Shown in pieces: positions 43,478-46,266 of a stretch of 46,266 nt of DNA. The notes under the pieces were generated by a model. That model searched no databases and was not told the origin of the DNA. It worked only from the letters and a program-made list of their open reading frames with translations. The stretch is from positions 1-46,266 of the forward strand of contig JAFGJV010000022.1 of the NCBI GenBank assembly GCA_016928955.1, given 5' to 3'. This DNA comes from Spirochaetales bacterium (GTDB taxonomy: Bacteria; Spirochaetota; Spirochaetia; Treponematales; UBA12059). Position 1 is the stretch's first letter; each line of letters begins with the position of its first letter. A program made the translations under genes and the position numbers.

Positions 43478-46266
43478 ATGAAGGAATCCGCGGTTCTGGA
43501 CGCGTATCCGCTCAGTCCCCTGCAGGAGGGCATGCTCTTCCACTACCTGGCGGAAGGACGCGGCGACCTGTACGTGGAACAAAGCTGCCTGCAGGTGGAC
43601 GGCAACCTGGACGAGGACCTTCTGGCCCGGGCCATAGGCCAGACCTGCGCCCGCCATGACTGCCTGCATGCCATTTTCCCGCACGAGGGACTCAAGCGCC
43701 CCCTGCAGGTGCTCGTGAAGGCGCGACCGTTCTCCTTTGAGGCCAGGCGTGACATCAGCCGCATGAGCCAGGCCGAGCGCGGCGCCTTGCTGGCGGGCTA
43801 CCTGGAGAGCGACCGCGCCAGGGGCTTTGATCTTGCTTCAGGGCCTCTCCTGCGCGTGGCAACTTTCAGGGAAGGCCCTGGCCGCGTCACCCTGGTGTGG
43901 ACCTTCCATCACATCATCATGGACGGCTGGTCCCTGGGCGTGTTCCTTGGCGACCTGTTTTCCGTCTACGGTTCCCTGGCGTCCGGGAGCCCCCTGCCCA
44001 GGCCTCCGGCCTTCCGGTATCGCTCGTACATAGAGTGGCTTGCCGCGCGCGACCAGGCCGCGGACAAGGAGTTCTGGGCGGCGCGGCTCGGGGACCTGCC
44101 CGACGGCTCTTATTTGAAACCCTGGGGCGGAACCCCAGAACGCGCCGGCCGCCTGGGCAAGGCCGAGGCCGCTGTTGGCCAGGCGGACTATGACGCCCTG
44201 TGCGCCCTGGCCGCGTCATGGAACGTAACGCCGGGCCACCTGTGCCAGGCCGCATGGGCCCTGGTGCTCGGAAGGTATTCCGGCTTCCAGGACGTGTGCT
44301 TTGGCGTTGTCGTGGCAGGCAGGCCGGCAAGCCTCCCGGGCGCGGAAACGGCCGTTGGCTTGTTCATCAACACCGTGGCCCGCAGGCTGGCCTGGTCCGA
44401 CGCCGAGGGCATGCGCCATCTGGCCGAACGCGCCCGCGACTCCGCCGCCGAGGAGGCGGCGCACGAAAATTCGTCGTTATCCTCGGTTCAGGAAGCCGCC
44501 GGACGGTCGTCGCTCTTTGACACGCTGTTCATATACGAGAATTACCCTGGCGAGCGGCGCTACGGCGATTGCGTGGTGCGCCAGCTGGATAGCTACGAAC
44601 GCACCAACTATCCGGCCGCCCTGGTCCTGGTTCCCGGAAGCGGGCTCAAGCTGATCCTCAAGTATGACCAGGGCTTCTATGACCAGCGTTTTTCCCAGGC
44701 GGTGTTGGACGCCTACGCGTCGTTCCTGCGCAGGCTGGTAGCCGCTGGGGACGCTCCCGCGGATTCGTTCCGCCTGCCTGTTCCGGCCAGGCCGGATTCC
44801 GCCGGGGTTGGCGACGACGAATGGTCGGCCACGGTGCTGGATCCTATCCAGACGAGCGTGGATCGGGTTCCGGACGCCATTGCCGCGTCCGACCCGTCAG
44901 GCAGCCTGAGCTACAGGTCGTTGTGGGACGCGGCCGGACGCGCGGCCGCCAGGCTCCGCGTGGCTGGCGTAGGCCCGGGCAACGTGGTCGGCGTGTCGCT
45001 CGGGCACGGCACGGACGCCCTGGCCTGCGTGCTCGGCGTGCTCCGGTCCGGGGCCGCCTACCTGCCGCTCGATCCGGGCCTTCCGTCCGCCAGGGTCGGC
45101 TACATCCTCCGAGATTCGGGCGCGTCCTGCCTGGTTGCCAGCGGCGGCCTGGCCGCGGCCGACTGGGGCGTTTCCCTGTTGTCGCCAGAAGTCCTGCTTG
45201 CCCCCGGTGCCGCGCCGGAAGCGCCGGAGACAAGCCCGGGCGCGGACGATCCGGCCTACGTCATCTATACCTCCGGCTCCACGGGCGAGCCAAAGGGCGT
45301 GGAAATCAGCCACCGTAATCTGGCGTCGTATCTAGCATGCGCGGCCCGTGAGTACGCGGATGGCAGTCCGGTGTCCATGCCCTTCATCACGAGCATATCG
45401 TTCGACCTCACGGTCACGTCCATGTTCCTGCCCCTGGCCACGGGCGGGGCTGTCATAAGCCCGGACGGAAACGACGTGGGCGAGAAACTGGTCCGCGCGT
45501 TGGGGAATCCGGACATCAACGTCATCAAGCTCACGCCTGCCCATTTGCGTCTGCTGGCGGGCATGGCTCGCGCGACGCCCGCGCGCCGGCGGCTGTTCAT
45601 AGTAGGCGGCGAGGCCCTGTCCGTGGACGCCTGCCGCGGCCTGATTTCGGCCCTTGGCCCGGATACCGGCATTGTCAACGAGTACGGCCCAACAGAGGCC
45701 ACCGTGGGCTGCATAGTCCATCGCTTTGATCCTGAGCGCGACAAGGGCGCCTGGGTGCCCATCGGGCGGCCGCTGCCGAACGCGCTGGTCCGGGTGGTGG
45801 ACGACCAGGGTCGGATCCTGCCCCCGGGAGCTGTGGGCGAGCTCGAGCTGGGCGGCTCAGGTCTTGCGCGGGGCTACCGCGGAAAACCCGAACTGAGCGC
45901 GGAGCGCTTTGTTGAGCGCGACGGCCGGCGCTGGTACCGCTCCGGCGACTACGGGCGCCTGGGTCCGGACGGGCTGGTCGAGTACCTGGGCCGGCGCGAC
46001 GGGCAGGTGAAGATACGCGGCCACCGGGTGGAGCCGGCCGAGCTTGAGCGCGCGCTCGGGGAGTGTCCCGGGGTGGCCGAGGCGGCGGTCAGCGTGCGCC
46101 GGGACGCGGGCGGAGAACCCTACCTGAGCGCCTTTGTGTCGCCCGCCGGGCTGGACGCGGTGGCCGTGCTTGCCTGGCTCCGGGGTCGCCTGCCTGGGTA
46201 CCTGGTGCCGGCGCGCCTTACGGTGCTGGAGCGCCTGCCGGTGAACCGCAACGGCAAGGTGGACGT
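43478..46266 (+). CDS. NRPS (3'-truncated by the window): C(DCL)-A (Asn-type)...
   Basis: Not in the ORF track (no stop in window). My translation gives MKESAVLDAYPLSPLQEGMLFH, HHIIMDGWS, YTSGSTGEPKG, FDLTVT, VIKLTP, NEYGPTEATVG (code DLTKIGEVG), YRSGD and NGKVD at the window end, all in one frame; AAGGA RBS. Confidence 0.93.
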   Translation, partial: MKESAVLDAYPLSPLQEGMLFHYLAEGRGDLYVEQSCLQVDGNLDEDLLARAIGQTCARHDCLHAIFPHEGLKRPLQVLVKARPFSFEARRDISRMSQAERGALLAGYLESDRARGFDLASGPLLRVATFREGPGRVTLVWTFHHIIMDGWSLGVFLGDLFSVYGSLASGSPLPRPPAFRYRSYIEWLAARDQAADKEFWAARLGDLPDGSYLKPWGGTPERAGRLGKAEAAVGQADYDALCALAASWNVTPGHLCQAAWALVLGRYSGFQDVCFGVVVAGRPASLPGAETAVGLFINTVARRLAWSDAEGMRHLAERARDSAAEEAAHENSSLSSVQEAAGRSSLFDTLFIYENYPGERRYGDCVVRQLDSYERTNYPAALVLVPGSGLKLILKYDQGFYDQRFSQAVLDAYASFLRRLVAAGDAPADSFRLPVPARPDSAGVGDDEWSATVLDPIQTSVDRVPDAIAASDPSGSLSYRSLWDAAGRAAARLRVAGVGPGNVVGVSLGHGTDALACVLGVLRSGAAYLPLDPGLPSARVGYILRDSGASCLVASGGLAAADWGVSLLSPEVLLAPGAAPEAPETSPGADDPAYVIYTSGSTGEPKGVEISHRNLASYLACAAREYADGSPVSMPFITSISFDLTVTSMFLPLATGGAVISPDGNDVGEKLVRALGNPDINVIKLTPAHLRLLAGMARATPARRRLFIVGGEALSVDACRGLISALGPDTGIVNEYGPTEATVGCIVHRFDPERDKGAWVPIGRPLPNALVRVVDDQGRILPPGAVGELELGGSGLARGYRGKPELSAERFVERDGRRWYRSGDYGRLGPDGLVEYLGRRDGQVKIRGHRVEPAELERALGECPGVAEAAVSVRRDAGGEPYLSAFVSPAGLDAVAVLAWLRGRLPGYLVPARLTVLERLPVNRNGKVD

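Noticed and set aside
43452..43481. Nine-codon ORF (MDHTKDIAP) bridging the second and third megasynthase genes, or a frameshift joining them
   Set aside because: The third gene has its own SD and ATG at 43478, and both proteins carry normal COM ends; the mini-ORF is probably incidental.
423..45762. Numerous long overlapping or antisense ORFs in the track (e.g. 7254-8408, 8296-9675, 30986-32710, 34472-35929, 38030-39466)
   Set aside because: Shadow frames of high-GC genes; no recognisable motifs, and each overlaps a well-supported CDS.
1..46266. tRNA, rRNA, integrase, transposase or anti-phage genes
   Set aside because: None recognised in the intergenic gaps or ORFs by eye.

Overview
High-GC bacterial window, probably from a free-living spirochaete. 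That assignment is inference from flgG lying next to a rod-binding-only flgJ, a TmpC/PnrA-like BMP lipoprotein and the chemotaxis gene style. Positions 1-28.3 kb are mostly housekeeping and signalling genes: the end of a chemotaxis operon (MCP, MCP, cheW, STAS, cheA), exbB-exbD-tonB-like, NfeD plus two flotillins, aat, a BMP-type ABC transporter with no ATPase gene coupled to a YcaQ-like glycosylase, two orphan histidine kinases, an apparently inactive C69/secernin homologue, a CHASE4-GGDEF cyclase, a nitroreductase, an ArsB/NhaD-family permease, a TipA-like MerR regulator, an RlmI-like methyltransferase, pepP, flgJ and flgG. After a ~108-bp multi-palindromic repeat, the last 17.4 kb hold the start of a hybrid PKS-NRPS cluster: KS-AT-DH-ER0-KR-ACP-C-A-T-C | half-C-A(Thr)-T-E | C(DCL)-A(Asn)..., and the third gene is cut by the window end and absent from the ORF track. 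The single loading-module-less PKS module with a decayed ER suggests an iterative polyene synthase priming a D-amino-acid lipopeptide. Other main observations are a clear yybP-ykoY (Mn2+) riboswitch plus terminator ahead of the ArsB/NhaD permease, a TipA-type 19-bp-spacer autoregulatory promoter with an internal TipAS-like start, and a recurring pattern of apparently leaderless genes. All calls come from reading motifs by eye; no searches were run.
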